Below are positions 1 to 9,300 of a stretch of DNA of 64,000 bases, piece by piece. This stretch comes from Syntrophales bacterium (GTDB taxonomy: Bacteria; Desulfobacterota; Syntrophia; Syntrophales; UBA6807), in NCBI GenBank assembly GCA_040767195.1, contig JAXGPA010000003.1, positions 64,001 to 128,000 of the forward strand, read 5' to 3'. The stretch's first letter is position 1. Every line of letters starts with the position of its first letter. The translations under genes and the position numbers were made by a program. The notes under the pieces are model-generated. The model was not told the origin of the DNA. It saw only the letters and a list, made by a program, of their open reading frames with translations, and made no database searches.

Positions 1-60
1 TGATAGTTCCCTTTGGCTTTATAGAACGGCAAGGCGCCGGATTTTTAAAGTTTTCGTAAA

Positions 61-135
61 ACCGCACATTCCCGGATTGCCGCGGTGTTGCCTCCCCTGA
101 GGGGGGTCCGGGGCAAGAGGATGGGAATGGAGGAA
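61..135 (+). ncRNA. rpsB 5' leader RNA (t44/S2-leader-like)
   Basis: Structured 5'UTR with a closing stem CATTCCC...GGGAATG followed by GAGG, directly upstream of rpsB, where S2 autoregulatory leaders are found. Confidence 0.5.
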
Positions 136-155
136 ATAAACAAAAGGAGTGCTGT

Positions 156-992
156 ATGCCCCAGGTTACCATGAAGTCCCTCCTGGAAGCGGGCGTCCAT
201 TTCGGTCACCAGACGAACAAATGGAACCCGAAAATGAAGCCCTACATCTTTGGAGCCCGGAACGGCATCTACATCGTCGACCTCCAGCAGACCGTGGAGA
301 TGTTCGAGACGGCCTACCGGTTCGTTTCGGATCTCGTCGCCTCCGGCGAGTCGGTTCTTTTCGTGGGAACGAAAAAACAGGCCCAGGAAGGCATTCGAGC
401 CGAGGCGGAACGGGCCGAGATGCCCTACGTGAACCAGCGCTGGCTCGGTGGAATGCTCACCAATTTCGCAACCATCAAGAGAAGCATCGACAAGCTGAAC
501 CAGATCGAGCGGACCCTTGAGGACGACAACATCCATGCCTTTCCGAAGAAGGAAATCCTTCGATTCCAGAGGGAGCAGGAAAAACTCGTAAAAGTTCTCG
601 GCGGTATCCGGGCCATGAACCGGCTCCCAGGGGCCCTTTTTGTCATCGACCCGAAGAAAGAGACCATCGCCGTGAAAGAGGCGAGAAAACTTCAGATCCC
701 CATCGTCGCCGTGGTCGACACGAACTGCGATCCCGATGACATCGATTACATCATTCCGGGAAACGATGACGCCATCCGGGCGATCAAGCTTTTTTCGTCG
801 AAGATCGCCGATGCCGTCCTGGACGGCAAGAGGAAATTCGAGGAAGCCATCCAGGCGGAAAGCGACAAAATGACCGTCGTCGAAATCGCCGAGGCCGGGG
901 AAGAGGACGTGCCGGTCAGCGTGGAAACCAACCCCCCCCTTTCCGGGGATGAAACCGGGAAAACGAAAGCGGAACAGGAGGAAGGAAATTGA
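156..992 (+). CDS. rpsB: 30S ribosomal protein S2
   Basis: [45 protein letters not shown]. Confidence 0.99.
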   Translation: MPQVTMKSLLEAGVHFGHQTNKWNPKMKPYIFGARNGIYIVDLQQTVEMFETAYRFVSDLVASGESVLFVGTKKQAQEGIRAEAERAEMPYVNQRWLGGMLTNFATIKRSIDKLNQIERTLEDDNIHAFPKKEILRFQREQEKLVKVLGGIRAMNRLPGALFVIDPKKETIAVKEARKLQIPIVAVVDTNCDPDDIDYIIPGNDDAIRAIKLFSSKIADAVLDGKRKFEEAIQAESDKMTVVEIAEAGEEDVPVSVETNPPLSGDETGKTKAEQEEGN

Positions 993-1591
993 GTATTCCA
1001 GCATCTTTGGTAAAAAAGCTCAGGGATAAGACGAACGCCGGAATGATGGACTGCAAGGAGGCCCTGGAGGCCTCCGGCGGTGATTTTGACAAGGCCGTCG
1101 AGTATCTTCGCAAGAAGGGACTCTCCGCGGCGACGAAACGCTCTTCCAAGGCGGCCAAGGACGGTGTCATCGCCTCTTACATCCACATGCAGGGACGGAT
1201 CGGTGTCCTCGTCGAGGTGAACTGCGAAACCGATTTCGTCGCCCGCACGGAGGCCTTCCAGACCATGGCCAAGGACATCGCCATGCACATCGCCGCCTCC
1301 AACCCCTCGTACCTGAACGCCGAGTCCGTTCCCCCGTCCGTCCTGGAGGGGGAAAAGGAGATATACCGCAGCCAAGCCAAGGCGGAAGGGAAGCCGGAGA
1401 AGATATACGACCGGATCATCGACGGAAAGCTGAAGAAGTTTTACGAGGAAGTGTGCCTCATGGACCAGAAGTTCATCAAGGACACGAACATCACCGTGAA
1501 CACCCTGGTCCAGAACATGATCGCCAATACCGGCGAGAACATCATGGTCCGCCGGTTTGCCCGTTTTCAGCTCGGAGAAGAACTGAAGTAA
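989..1591 (+). CDS. tsf: Elongation factor Ts (short, ~200 aa form)
   Basis: [32 protein letters not shown] start overlapping the rpsB stop. Confidence 0.98.
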   Translation: MSIPASLVKKLRDKTNAGMMDCKEALEASGGDFDKAVEYLRKKGLSAATKRSSKAAKDGVIASYIHMQGRIGVLVEVNCETDFVARTEAFQTMAKDIAMHIAASNPSYLNAESVPPSVLEGEKEIYRSQAKAEGKPEKIYDRIIDGKLKKFYEEVCLMDQKFIKDTNITVNTLVQNMIANTGENIMVRRFARFQLGEELK

Positions 1592-1648
1592 ATTTTACGG
1601 AAGGGGAGAAGGGAGGACCGTCTTCCCTTTCCGCGGATTTCCAAGGCC

Positions 1649-2371
1649 ATGGATGAACCGGTCTACCGCAGAATACTCCTCAAGGTAAGCGGGGAAGCCC
1701 TCCTGGGAAAGGCTCCCTCGGGAATAGACGGGGACATGGCCCGGTCGATCGGCAGGGAGATCGGCGAAATCAGGGGGCTCGGTGTCCAGGTGGCCCTGGT
1801 GGTGGGCGGCGGGAATTTCCTCCGGGGCGAGGCTCTGAGTCACCGGGGGATCGGCCGCGTGACCGGGGACATGATGGGAATGCTGGCCACGGTCATGAAC
1901 GGTCTTGCCCTCCGGGATCTTTTTCGGGGAGAAGGTCTGTCCGTCCGGGTTCAGTCGGCTGTCGCCATGCCCCAGGTGGTCGAGGCCTTCAACAGTGAAG
2001 CGGCCCGAAGATACCTGGAAGACGGCGAGGTTGTCATTTTTGCCGGCGGAACGGGGAACCCTTTCTTCTCAACGGACACGGCGGCCGCTCTCCGGGCGCT
2101 CGAAACCCGGGCCGACGTTTTTCTCAAGGCCACCAAGGTGGACGGCGTTTTCGACAAGGATCCCGTTAAACATGCCGATGCCCGGCGGTTTGAGAGAATT
2201 TCCTACGACGAGGTGCTGGAAAAAAATCTTCGGGTTATGGACCAGACGGCCGTCGCCCTGTGCCGGGACAATGCCCTGCCCGTCGTCGTTTTCAACATGG
2301 AAAGGGCCGGGAACATCCGCCGGGTGGTCTGTGGTGAACCGACGGGAACGCTCATAGGAGGGAAACCATGA
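1649..2371 (+). CDS. pyrH: UMP kinase
   Basis: YRRILLKVSGEAL, GGGNFLRG, GTGNPFFSTDTAAALRA; rpsB-tsf-pyrH-frr synteny. Confidence 0.98.
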   Translation: MDEPVYRRILLKVSGEALLGKAPSGIDGDMARSIGREIGEIRGLGVQVALVVGGGNFLRGEALSHRGIGRVTGDMMGMLATVMNGLALRDLFRGEGLSVRVQSAVAMPQVVEAFNSEAARRYLEDGEVVIFAGGTGNPFFSTDTAAALRALETRADVFLKATKVDGVFDKDPVKHADARRFERISYDEVLEKNLRVMDQTAVALCRDNALPVVVFNMERAGNIRRVVCGEPTGTLIGGKP

Positions 2372-2925
2372 AGGATGAACTGATCGCCGAACTGAAAGAA
2401 ACGATGAAAAGACAGATCCAGGCCCTGGAAAAGTCCTTCAGCAAGGTGAGGACGGGCCGGGCTTCCCTTTCCCTTCTTGACGGGATCAAGGTCGAGTACT
2501 ACGGGACGCCCACCCCCCTGAACCAGGTCGCGTCTCTTTCCGTCCCCGAAAGCCAGCTTATCGTCATCGCCCCCTGGGACGTGACGGTCATCGGGGCCAT
2601 CGAGAAGGCCATTCAGAAGTCCGAGCTGGGCCTCACGCCCTCCAACGACGGGAAGGTCATCCGGATCACCATTCCGCCGCTCACCGGGGAAAGACGAAAG
2701 GAACTCGTCAAGGTGGTGAAGAAAATGGCCGAGGAATGCCGGGTCAAGGTCCGGAACGCCCGCCGGGACGTGAACAATGATCTGAAAGAACTGAAAAAGG
2801 AAGGCGATCTTTCGGAGGATGAACTTTTCCGCACCCAGGACGACGTCCAGAAAATCACCGACGAATTCATCAAGAAGACGGACCAGGTCCTGGCGGCCAA
2901 GGAAGAGGAGATCATGGAGATCTGA
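2368..2925 (+). CDS. frr: Ribosome recycling factor
   Basis: KVRTGRAS, VEYYGTPTPLNQVA, PPLTGERRKELVK. Confidence 0.98.
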   Translation: MKDELIAELKETMKRQIQALEKSFSKVRTGRASLSLLDGIKVEYYGTPTPLNQVASLSVPESQLIVIAPWDVTVIGAIEKAIQKSELGLTPSNDGKVIRITIPPLTGERRKELVKVVKKMAEECRVKVRNARRDVNNDLKELKKEGDLSEDELFRTQDDVQKITDEFIKKTDQVLAAKEEEIMEI

Positions 2926-2954
2926 AAGAAAAACAAGGATTGAGGAACGAACGG

Positions 2955-2982
2955 AAGGGGACGATCAGGTCCCCTTTTTTTT
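2955..2982 (+). terminator. Intrinsic terminator after frr
   Basis: AAGGGGAC-gatcag-GTCCCCTT stem followed by a T run. Confidence 0.9.
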
Positions 2983-3085
2983 GTGCGCTCAGCATGGGCG
3001 CACTCTTGCGGGTGGAAGTCCTTCCTTGACGTGATCACAGCGAACGAAGAGATGCACATCAGCATAAAATTGACCGAAAGATGCG
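2983..3085 (+). mobile_element. Truncated 5' remnant (domain I start) of a group IIC intron; no RT ORF or domain V/VI seen
   Basis: Begins GTGCG exactly after the terminator T-tract: GTGCGCTCAGCATGGGCGCACTCTTGCGGGTGGAAGTCC...TGATCACAGCGAACGAAG, resembling IIC intron 5' ends; IIC introns target terminators. Right boundary approximate. Confidence 0.75.
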
Positions 3086-3202
3086 CTGGCGAACCACGTC
3101 CATTCGTGATGTATCGGCCATAACGAGGTACCCATCCCGATCACAGCTTGATGACGGGAGAAGAGGATCGGTAATGACGTCTGAGGGTGTCCCGAAAAGC
3201 TC

Positions 3203-3236
3203 TTGACGGAATTCTGGATATGCTCTATTCAGCATA
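3203..3236 (+). promoter_or_regulatory. Sigma70-like promoter for the tup genes with an overlapping palindrome
   Basis: TTGACG-17 bp-TATTCA; TATGCT-N6-AGCATA inverted repeat (3219-3236) spans the -10. Confidence 0.45.
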
Positions 3237-3315
3237 GATAAAAGAAAATACCCCGTGCCGGGAGTTGTGCCGTCGAAAGCCGGTGATTTCCCGTATCCAT
3301 GGAAGGGAGGAATCT

Positions 3316-4179
3316 ATGCGTAAGAGTATATTATTTATAGGGATTCTCGTTTCTCTCCTGCTCCTGTTTGCTGTAGGCCAGGCCCTTGGAGAGGTCAGGT
3401 GCGCGGAGACGTACGGAAGCGGCTCTCACCATTTTTCCCTGGCCACGGGAAGTCCCGGCGAACTGGGCCTCCTCAAGGTCCTCGGCGAGACTTTCTGCGG
3501 TGAAAACGACGCCACCCTCTGCTGGGTGAAGGCCGGTTCCGGCGCTTCCCTGAATCTTTTGAAAGACAAAAACGTGGACATGATCATGGTTCACGCCCCG
3601 GCGGCGGAAAAGAAAGCCGTGGCGGAAGGGTGGGCAACGAAACGCCTTCTCATCGGCTCCAACGAGTTTTACATCGTGGGACCTTCAAGCGATCCCGCCG
3701 GCATCGCCTCGGCCACCTCCGCGGCGGACGCTTACCGCCGGATCGCCGGGAGCAAGGCGAAATTCTTTTCCCGGGGGGACAATTCGGGAACCCACAAGAA
3801 GGAAATGGCCGTGTGGAAGCAGGCCGGCGTGAATCCCTCCGGGGACTGGTACATCGTCACCAAGGATTTCATGACGGCCACCCTGAAGCGGGCTAACGAC
3901 GAAAAAGGCTATTTCATGACCGACAGCAGCACCTGGATCGCCGAAAAAAAGAATGTCCCCGACCTGAAAATCCTTTTCCGGGGGGACAAGTTCCTGGTCA
4001 ATACCTACCACACCCTCTGCCAGCCGGCGGGGGTCACGGCCGGTGCGGCCATGGCCTTGAAATTCATAGACTTCGTGTCCTCCGAAGAAGGCCAGAAAAT
4101 CATCGGGACCTACGGGATGGAAACATACGGCGAGGGTCTTTACAACGATGCGGCCTATGCGAAACAGTACGATGACTGA
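3316..4179 (+). CDS. TupA-like periplasmic oxyanion-binding protein, divergent paralogue
   Basis: Signal peptide; VHAP and FFSRGDNSGTH motifs; ATGSPGELGLL in place of TTTS; start at the ATG after GGGAGG. Confidence 0.85.
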   Translation: MRKSILFIGILVSLLLLFAVGQALGEVRCAETYGSGSHHFSLATGSPGELGLLKVLGETFCGENDATLCWVKAGSGASLNLLKDKNVDMIMVHAPAAEKKAVAEGWATKRLLIGSNEFYIVGPSSDPAGIASATSAADAYRRIAGSKAKFFSRGDNSGTHKKEMAVWKQAGVNPSGDWYIVTKDFMTATLKRANDEKGYFMTDSSTWIAEKKNVPDLKILFRGDKFLVNTYHTLCQPAGVTAGAAMALKFIDFVSSEEGQKIIGTYGMETYGEGLYNDAAYAKQYDD

Positions 4180-4272
4180 GTCATGGTAAAATTCCTGGTG
4201 TCACCGGCATTTTTCGTTTATATATCGGAACCCCTGGGGTTCCGGACTGAGTACTATGCTTGGAGGTGAACA

Positions 4273-5109
4273 ATGAAAAGAAAAACTGTTTTCACCCTGG
4301 GGCTGTCCCTGCTGTGTCTTCTTTTCCTGTTTTCCGGGGCGGTTACGGCGGCCGACCGGGTGCTGATGATGGCCACGACAACGAGCACGGACAACACGGG
4401 CCTCCTCAATGACCTGGGGCCCATGTTCAAGGCGGATACGGGGATCGAGCTCAAGTGGGTGGCCGTGGGAACGGGAAACGCCCTGGAACTCGGAAAGAAC
4501 TGTGACGTCGACGTCCTTCTCGTTCATGCCCCGGCGACGGAAATGAAGTACGTCGCCGACGGCTACGGTGTGGACCGACGGGAAATCATGTTCAACGATT
4601 TCATCTTTGTCGGTCCCAAGGGGGACCCGGCGGGCGTCAAGGGTAAATCGGTGAAGGAGGCCCTCACGATTTTCGCCTCGAAGAAAATTCCCTTTGCCAG
4701 CCGCGGGGATAACTCGGGAACCCACAAAATGGAGCTTTCCCTCTGGAAGAACGCCGGGATTCCTTTGCCCGACAAGGAAACCTGGTACATCCAGACGGGC
4801 CAGGGGATGATCAACACGATCAACATCGCCGCCGAGAGGGACGCCTACACCCTGACGGACCGGGGAACTTTCATCAAGTACGAGGCCAACTGGAAGGGAA
4901 ATCCCCCCCTTGAGATTCTTGTGGAAGGGGATGCCGCCCTGAAGAACCAGTACAGCGTTATCGCCGTCAACCCGAAGCGGTGCGAAAAGGCGAAATACGA
5001 CCTGGCGACGAAATTTTCCCAGTGGATGGCCTCGCCGAAAATCCAGAAGGCCATCGCCGACTTCAAACTCATGGGAAAACAGCTGTTCTTCCCGAACGCC
5101 GCCAAATAG
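4273..5109 (+). CDS. tupA: Tungstate ABC transporter substrate-binding protein
   Basis: ATTTSTDNTGLL, VGTGNAL, VHAP, SRGDNSGTH, YTLTDRGT signature. Confidence 0.95.
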   Translation: MKRKTVFTLGLSLLCLLFLFSGAVTAADRVLMMATTTSTDNTGLLNDLGPMFKADTGIELKWVAVGTGNALELGKNCDVDVLLVHAPATEMKYVADGYGVDRREIMFNDFIFVGPKGDPAGVKGKSVKEALTIFASKKIPFASRGDNSGTHKMELSLWKNAGIPLPDKETWYIQTGQGMINTINIAAERDAYTLTDRGTFIKYEANWKGNPPLEILVEGDAALKNQYSVIAVNPKRCEKAKYDLATKFSQWMASPKIQKAIADFKLMGKQLFFPNAAK

Positions 5110-5118
5110 AAGGAATCG

Positions 5119-5808
5119 ATGGATTATCTGGGAAGCGGATTTCTCCGGGCCCTCGTCCTCCTTTTCAGCGGGGACCCGGAGACTTATTCCGCCATCATCA
5201 CCACCCTTGAAATTTCCACTCTTTCCATTGTGGCAAGTCTCGTCATCGGTATCCCCGGCGGTTTTGTCCTGGGATACTTCGAATTCCCCGGGAAGAGGCA
5301 GATCCGCACCATCTCGGACACCCTCCTCGCCCTGCCCACGGTGGTGGTGGGGCTTTTCGTTTACGCCTTCATTTCCCGGCGGGGCCCCCTGGGCGATTTC
5401 GGCCTTCTGTTCACCGTTCCCGGCGTCGCCCTGGCCCAGACACTCCTCGTTCTTCCCATCGTCGTCTCTCTCACGGCGACGGCCGTGGAAAGCCTCGACC
5501 GGAGGCTCCGGCTCACCCTCATCACCCTCGGGGCCAACGCCCGGCAGATCGCCCTGCAGACGATCCTGGAGGCCCGCTTCGCCGTTCTCACGGCAGCCGT
5601 CACCGCTTACGGGCGGGCCATTTCCGAGGTGGGGATCTCCATGATGATCGGCGGCAATATCAAGTGGCACACCCGGACCATCACCACGGCCGTCGCCCTG
5701 GAAACAGGGAAGGGGGAATTCGCCATGGGAATAGCCCTGGGAATTGTCCTGCTCAGCCTGGCCCTGGTGGTGAACGCCATCCTCGTGACTTTGCGGAGGA
5801 AACGGTGA
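5119..5808 (+). CDS. tupB: Tungstate ABC transporter permease
   Basis: LPTVVVGL, RRGPLG, GRAISEVGISMMIGGNIKWHTRTITTA. Confidence 0.95.
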   Translation: MDYLGSGFLRALVLLFSGDPETYSAIITTLEISTLSIVASLVIGIPGGFVLGYFEFPGKRQIRTISDTLLALPTVVVGLFVYAFISRRGPLGDFGLLFTVPGVALAQTLLVLPIVVSLTATAVESLDRRLRLTLITLGANARQIALQTILEARFAVLTAAVTAYGRAISEVGISMMIGGNIKWHTRTITTAVALETGKGEFAMGIALGIVLLSLALVVNAILVTLRRKR

Positions 5809-6839
5809 TGACGCCGGCGCCTCTCTACCGTCTTTCGAACCTGACGTTCCGGTACGGGACCGACGGCTTCGCCCTTTCTATCCCCGAGATGGACATCGAG
5901 GCGGGCGCTTCCATCGGCCTCGTGGGACCCAACGGGGGCGGGAAAAGCACCCTCCTGAAACTCCTGGCGTTCCTGGAAACGCCCCAGGAGGGGGCGATTT
6001 TCTTTCAGGGGAAAAAGGTGTCCGGCGCCGGGGATCCGTCGGTCATGCGAAGCGTGACCATACTCCTTCAGGAGCCCTATCTCCTCCAGGCGACCGTTTT
6101 TGAAAACGTGGCCTACGGACTTCGTATCCGCGGCGAAAGGGAAGGGGTCCGTGAAAAGGTGGCGGACGTTCTTGAACGGGTGGGTCTTCCCTACGGGGAA
6201 TTCGGCCACCGGAAATGGCATCAGCTGTCGGGGGGCGAGGCCCAGCGGGTCGCCCTGGCTTCGAGGCTTATCCTCAAGCCCCTGGCCCTTCTTCTCGACG
6301 AGCCCACGGCCAGCGTCGATCCTTACAGCGCCTACCGGATCCGCGAGGCCATCGTCGATGTCCGGAAGACATTCAAGACGACGCTGCTCGTGGCCAGTCA
6401 CGACCAGGAATGGCTGAACGGCTCGGTGGACCGGATCTACAAGGTCCACGACGGGAAGATCATCGGCTCCGGTGACGAGAATCTTCTCCCGGGACCGTGG
6501 GAACCGGGCCCTGATTCCCTCTGGAAAAAAGTTCTGGAAGGGGAAAGGACCATCGTGGCGCCACCGCCGCCGCACCGGGAATCGACGGCCCTTCTCCGGG
6601 GAACGGATGTGGACCTTTACGTGTCGGAATGGCAGGAAAAGAAAATCGAAAACATAATACCCGGAGTCATTACGGGAATGTACATGGAATCATTTAAGGG
6701 ACACTTGAACATATACGTGGATATCGGCGGCATCACGATCCTGTCCGTCATGGCACCGGAACGGGCGGATCATCTCCGGGTCCTTCCAGGCAAGAAGATC
6801 TGGGTCGCTTTTACCGCCTCCGCCTTGCGGTGGCTTTAA
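5808..6839 (+). CDS. tupC: Tungstate ABC transporter ATP-binding protein with C-terminal TOBE-like extension
   Basis: GPNGGGKST, LSGGEAQR, LLDEPT; ATG overlaps the tupB TGA. Confidence 0.9.
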   Translation: MTPAPLYRLSNLTFRYGTDGFALSIPEMDIEAGASIGLVGPNGGGKSTLLKLLAFLETPQEGAIFFQGKKVSGAGDPSVMRSVTILLQEPYLLQATVFENVAYGLRIRGEREGVREKVADVLERVGLPYGEFGHRKWHQLSGGEAQRVALASRLILKPLALLLDEPTASVDPYSAYRIREAIVDVRKTFKTTLLVASHDQEWLNGSVDRIYKVHDGKIIGSGDENLLPGPWEPGPDSLWKKVLEGERTIVAPPPPHRESTALLRGTDVDLYVSEWQEKKIENIIPGVITGMYMESFKGHLNIYVDIGGITILSVMAPERADHLRVLPGKKIWVAFTASALRWL

Positions 6840-6872
6840 TATCGCAAAAAGTTTATCGATCGGGACAATGTC

Positions 6873-7601
6873 ATGAGACTGTATATCGGAGTGGACGACA
6901 CGGATCACATTGAATCGGACCGGGGAACGGGAAAGCTGGCCCGGTGGTTCGAGAAGGAGGTGCCCTCCGGCGGCAGGGTCTGGGGGGTGGTCCGGCAGCA
7001 GCTCCTCGTTCATCCCGACGTCCCCTACACGTCTCACAACAGCGCGGCCTGCATCGTCGTCGATCTGCCCAACGGGGCAATGGTGAGGGAAATTTCGCGG
7101 CGGATCGTCGCCCACGTGGAACGGCATGCCGACGAGGGAAGCGACCCCGGCGTCGCCGTGGTGCCGGAAGATGACCCCGGACTCCAGGAGATGATCGCCT
7201 TCGGTCTGGATTGCACCCGCAGGGTGGTCACCCGGAAGGATGCCCAGGAGACGGCGGGAAGAGCCTTTCTCCGGGGACTCGGCGGCACGAACGACGGAAT
7301 CATCGGAGCCCTGGCGGCGGTCGGCCTCACGGCCTCGGGCTGGTCGGGACGGTTCATCGAATTCGGCCGTCTTCGTGACTTTCCCGATTCCGTCTCCGTC
7401 GAAGACCTGGCCAGGGCCCATATTCACGTCGTTTCCATGGATCGGGACGCCCGGGTTCCGGGAGAGACCGAGTGGATCCGGACCAACGGGTGGCTGCGGC
7501 CCCGTCTTTTCGGCAGCCGGGCCGTTCTTCCCGTTTCTCCCGGGGAGGACGGTGTGTGGATCGCCTCGGGCGGAAAAAGAAGCCGGCCCCATTCCCCATA
7601 G
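6873..7601 (+). CDS. Conserved protein with a TiaS-N-like IGxDDTD motif, function unknown
   Basis: MRLYIGVDDTD..GTG, RQQLLVHPDVPYTSHNSAAC, SDPG, GGTNDGIIGALAAVGL. Confidence 0.75.
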   Translation: MRLYIGVDDTDHIESDRGTGKLARWFEKEVPSGGRVWGVVRQQLLVHPDVPYTSHNSAACIVVDLPNGAMVREISRRIVAHVERHADEGSDPGVAVVPEDDPGLQEMIAFGLDCTRRVVTRKDAQETAGRAFLRGLGGTNDGIIGALAAVGLTASGWSGRFIEFGRLRDFPDSVSVEDLARAHIHVVSMDRDARVPGETEWIRTNGWLRPRLFGSRAVLPVSPGEDGVWIASGGKRSRPHSP

Positions 7602-7609
7602 GGCCCCGC

Positions 7610-7987
7610 TCAGTCCTTTTTTTCTTTTTCTCGCTCCATCCGCTCGTAACTTTTTACGAATCCCTGGAGCGCCCGGGCTTTCCGGCCCAGGTAATCCATC
7701 CACAGGGAAAGCATCTCCTCGCCCTCGGGATTGATGGCGTAAACCCGCCGGGCGGGACCCTGTCCCGCCGTCTCCCATTCCGACCGGACGAGCCCCTCCT
7801 CCTCCATTTGGCGCAGGTGGCGGTAGATCATGCCCGGGGGGGCGCTCCCCTCGACGAAACCGAAGCCCTGAATGTTCCGGATGATCTCGTACCCGTAGGA
7901 CGGTCCGGAAAGAAGACTGAGGAGAATGGACGGCTGGATATAGCGATCCTGTCTTCCGCCTTCGAATGAGCTTTTTTTTCGGGCCAT
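7610..7987 (-). CDS. PadR-family transcriptional regulator
   Basis: PSYGYEII, PGMIYRHLRQMEEEGLVRSEW, GPARRVYAI. Confidence 0.93.
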   Translation of the reverse strand: MARKKSSFEGGRQDRYIQPSILLSLLSGPSYGYEIIRNIQGFGFVEGSAPPGMIYRHLRQMEEEGLVRSEWETAGQGPARRVYAINPEGEEMLSLWMDYLGRKARALQGFVKSYERMEREKEKKD

Positions 7988-7996
7988 AAGACCTCC

Positions 7997-8025
7997 TTGA
8001 CATATATCCTTAAAGAATCTATATT
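7997..8025 (+). promoter_or_regulatory. Sigma70-like promoter in the padR / 68-aa gene divergent region
   Basis: TTGACA-17 bp-TATATT. Confidence 0.55.
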
Positions 8026-8055
8026 CATAAAAAAGACATTCGGGAGGATTGTGTC

Positions 8056-8262
8056 ATGGAACCCATGATTTTTGTCCGTGAAAGACGAAAGGTGGAAAAA
8101 GGGGAGAAGAAGCCCCGGTTTCGGATCTGCGGCGTCAGCGGCGTGAATCTCAAGGTGTACGCAAGCCACATGCGGAAGATGGAACTGGACGAGATGGCCG
8201 GACATTTAGGCGCCAGGGTCATCGTTCTCCATTCCGGAAAGGAAGACAAAAAAGAAAAGTGA
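8056..8262 (+). CDS. Small basic hypothetical protein (68 aa)
   Basis: Strong SD GGGAGG, own promoter, typical codon usage. Confidence 0.7.
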   Translation: MEPMIFVRERRKVEKGEKKPRFRICGVSGVNLKVYASHMRKMELDEMAGHLGARVIVLHSGKEDKKEK

Positions 8263-8284
8263 TCCGTCCCGGGCGGGGATTTTC

Positions 8285-9142
8285 TCACTCCCGGTATATG
8301 ATGGTGCCCACGTGCTTTCCCTCGAGGGCGTCCAGGATGTGGCCGGGGTGACGGAGGGCGTCGATGATCTGAAGTTCCCGGATGATCTTCGCCCGCTGCA
8401 GGAGGATGAGGACCTCCCGTTCGATGATGAGATCGTCCAGGTCCATCCGGAGCAGGTCGTTCACCGAGACCCGGTCCCAGTATTTGAGCCCGCTTCGATC
8501 CCTGGACGGGACCTTCTTCGGATCCTTCTCATAAAGGCCCCGCTCGTCCTTCAGATAGATGAGGGAACGGGCGCCGATGTTCTCCGCCAGGAGAAAGGCC
8601 CCGCAGTCCGTCCGGTGGGGCGGGATGGACCCGTGGAGGGGCGGGTGCTCGAAGTAACCGTAGGGTGGCACACCGTAGGTGATGGGCAGAAAACCGAGCC
8701 GGCAGAACATGGTGAGCTGTTCCAGGTTGTCGCCGTGACCGATTTTCACCCCGCCGTGCTTGGCGAGAAGGACGGAAATCATTTCCGCGTTCTGCCAGGA
8801 AACCTTGTCGGCCAGTTTTGAAAGAACGCCCGAGGGCATTCCCAGTTCCACCCCGATGTTCATAACGTGACGGCTTCTCGTCCCGCCTCCCGTCATGAGA
8901 ATCATCTTATGTTTTTCCTTCGCTTGGACGAGGATGTCGAGAATAGGGAAGATGGCTTCCCCGCCCCGGTCGATGATGCTCTGACCCCCTATCTTCAGGA
9001 CGTTGATGTCGGGGTGCATCCGGAAGTACTCCCGGACCTCCGTTTTTTTCAGAAAATCCTTGCTTACGAGGGACTCCCCCATGAAGGGCGAGTCGATGTG
9101 AAGACGGCCCTTCCGGCCTCTTTCCTTTTTCAGCTTCGACAT
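8285..9142 (-). CDS. Molybdenum storage protein (MosA/MosB)-like, amino-acid-kinase fold
   Basis: HIDSPFMGESL, PDINVLKIGGQSIIDRG, GGGTRSRH, IPPHRTDCGAFLLAENIGA, KDERGLY, GTII. Confidence 0.85.
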   Translation of the reverse strand: MSKLKKERGRKGRLHIDSPFMGESLVSKDFLKKTEVREYFRMHPDINVLKIGGQSIIDRGGEAIFPILDILVQAKEKHKMILMTGGGTRSRHVMNIGVELGMPSGVLSKLADKVSWQNAEMISVLLAKHGGVKIGHGDNLEQLTMFCRLGFLPITYGVPPYGYFEHPPLHGSIPPHRTDCGAFLLAENIGARSLIYLKDERGLYEKDPKKVPSRDRSGLKYWDRVSVNDLLRMDLDDLIIEREVLILLQRAKIIRELQIIDALRHPGHILDALEGKHVGTIIYRE

Positions 9143-9300
9143 GCCAGGGTCCTTTCCGAGAGCGTTTCAGGCATGATCATAGAAACCGGCGGGGTCCCTG
9201 TCAAGGTCTTTCCCCATCGGCGACGGGAAAAGAATTTACAGGAAATAAACGGGGTGGTATGTAGGGCCGTGAAATTTCCGTTTACACAGGGAGGATTGCC

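Noticed and set aside
989..1591. Short EF-Ts as a truncation or pseudogene
   Set aside because: The ~200-aa form is a known natural variant, and the C-terminal [10 protein letters not shown] is intact
8285..9142. Second pyrH
   Set aside because: It lacks the PyrH motifs, matches Mo-storage-type motifs, and a true pyrH is at 1649-2371
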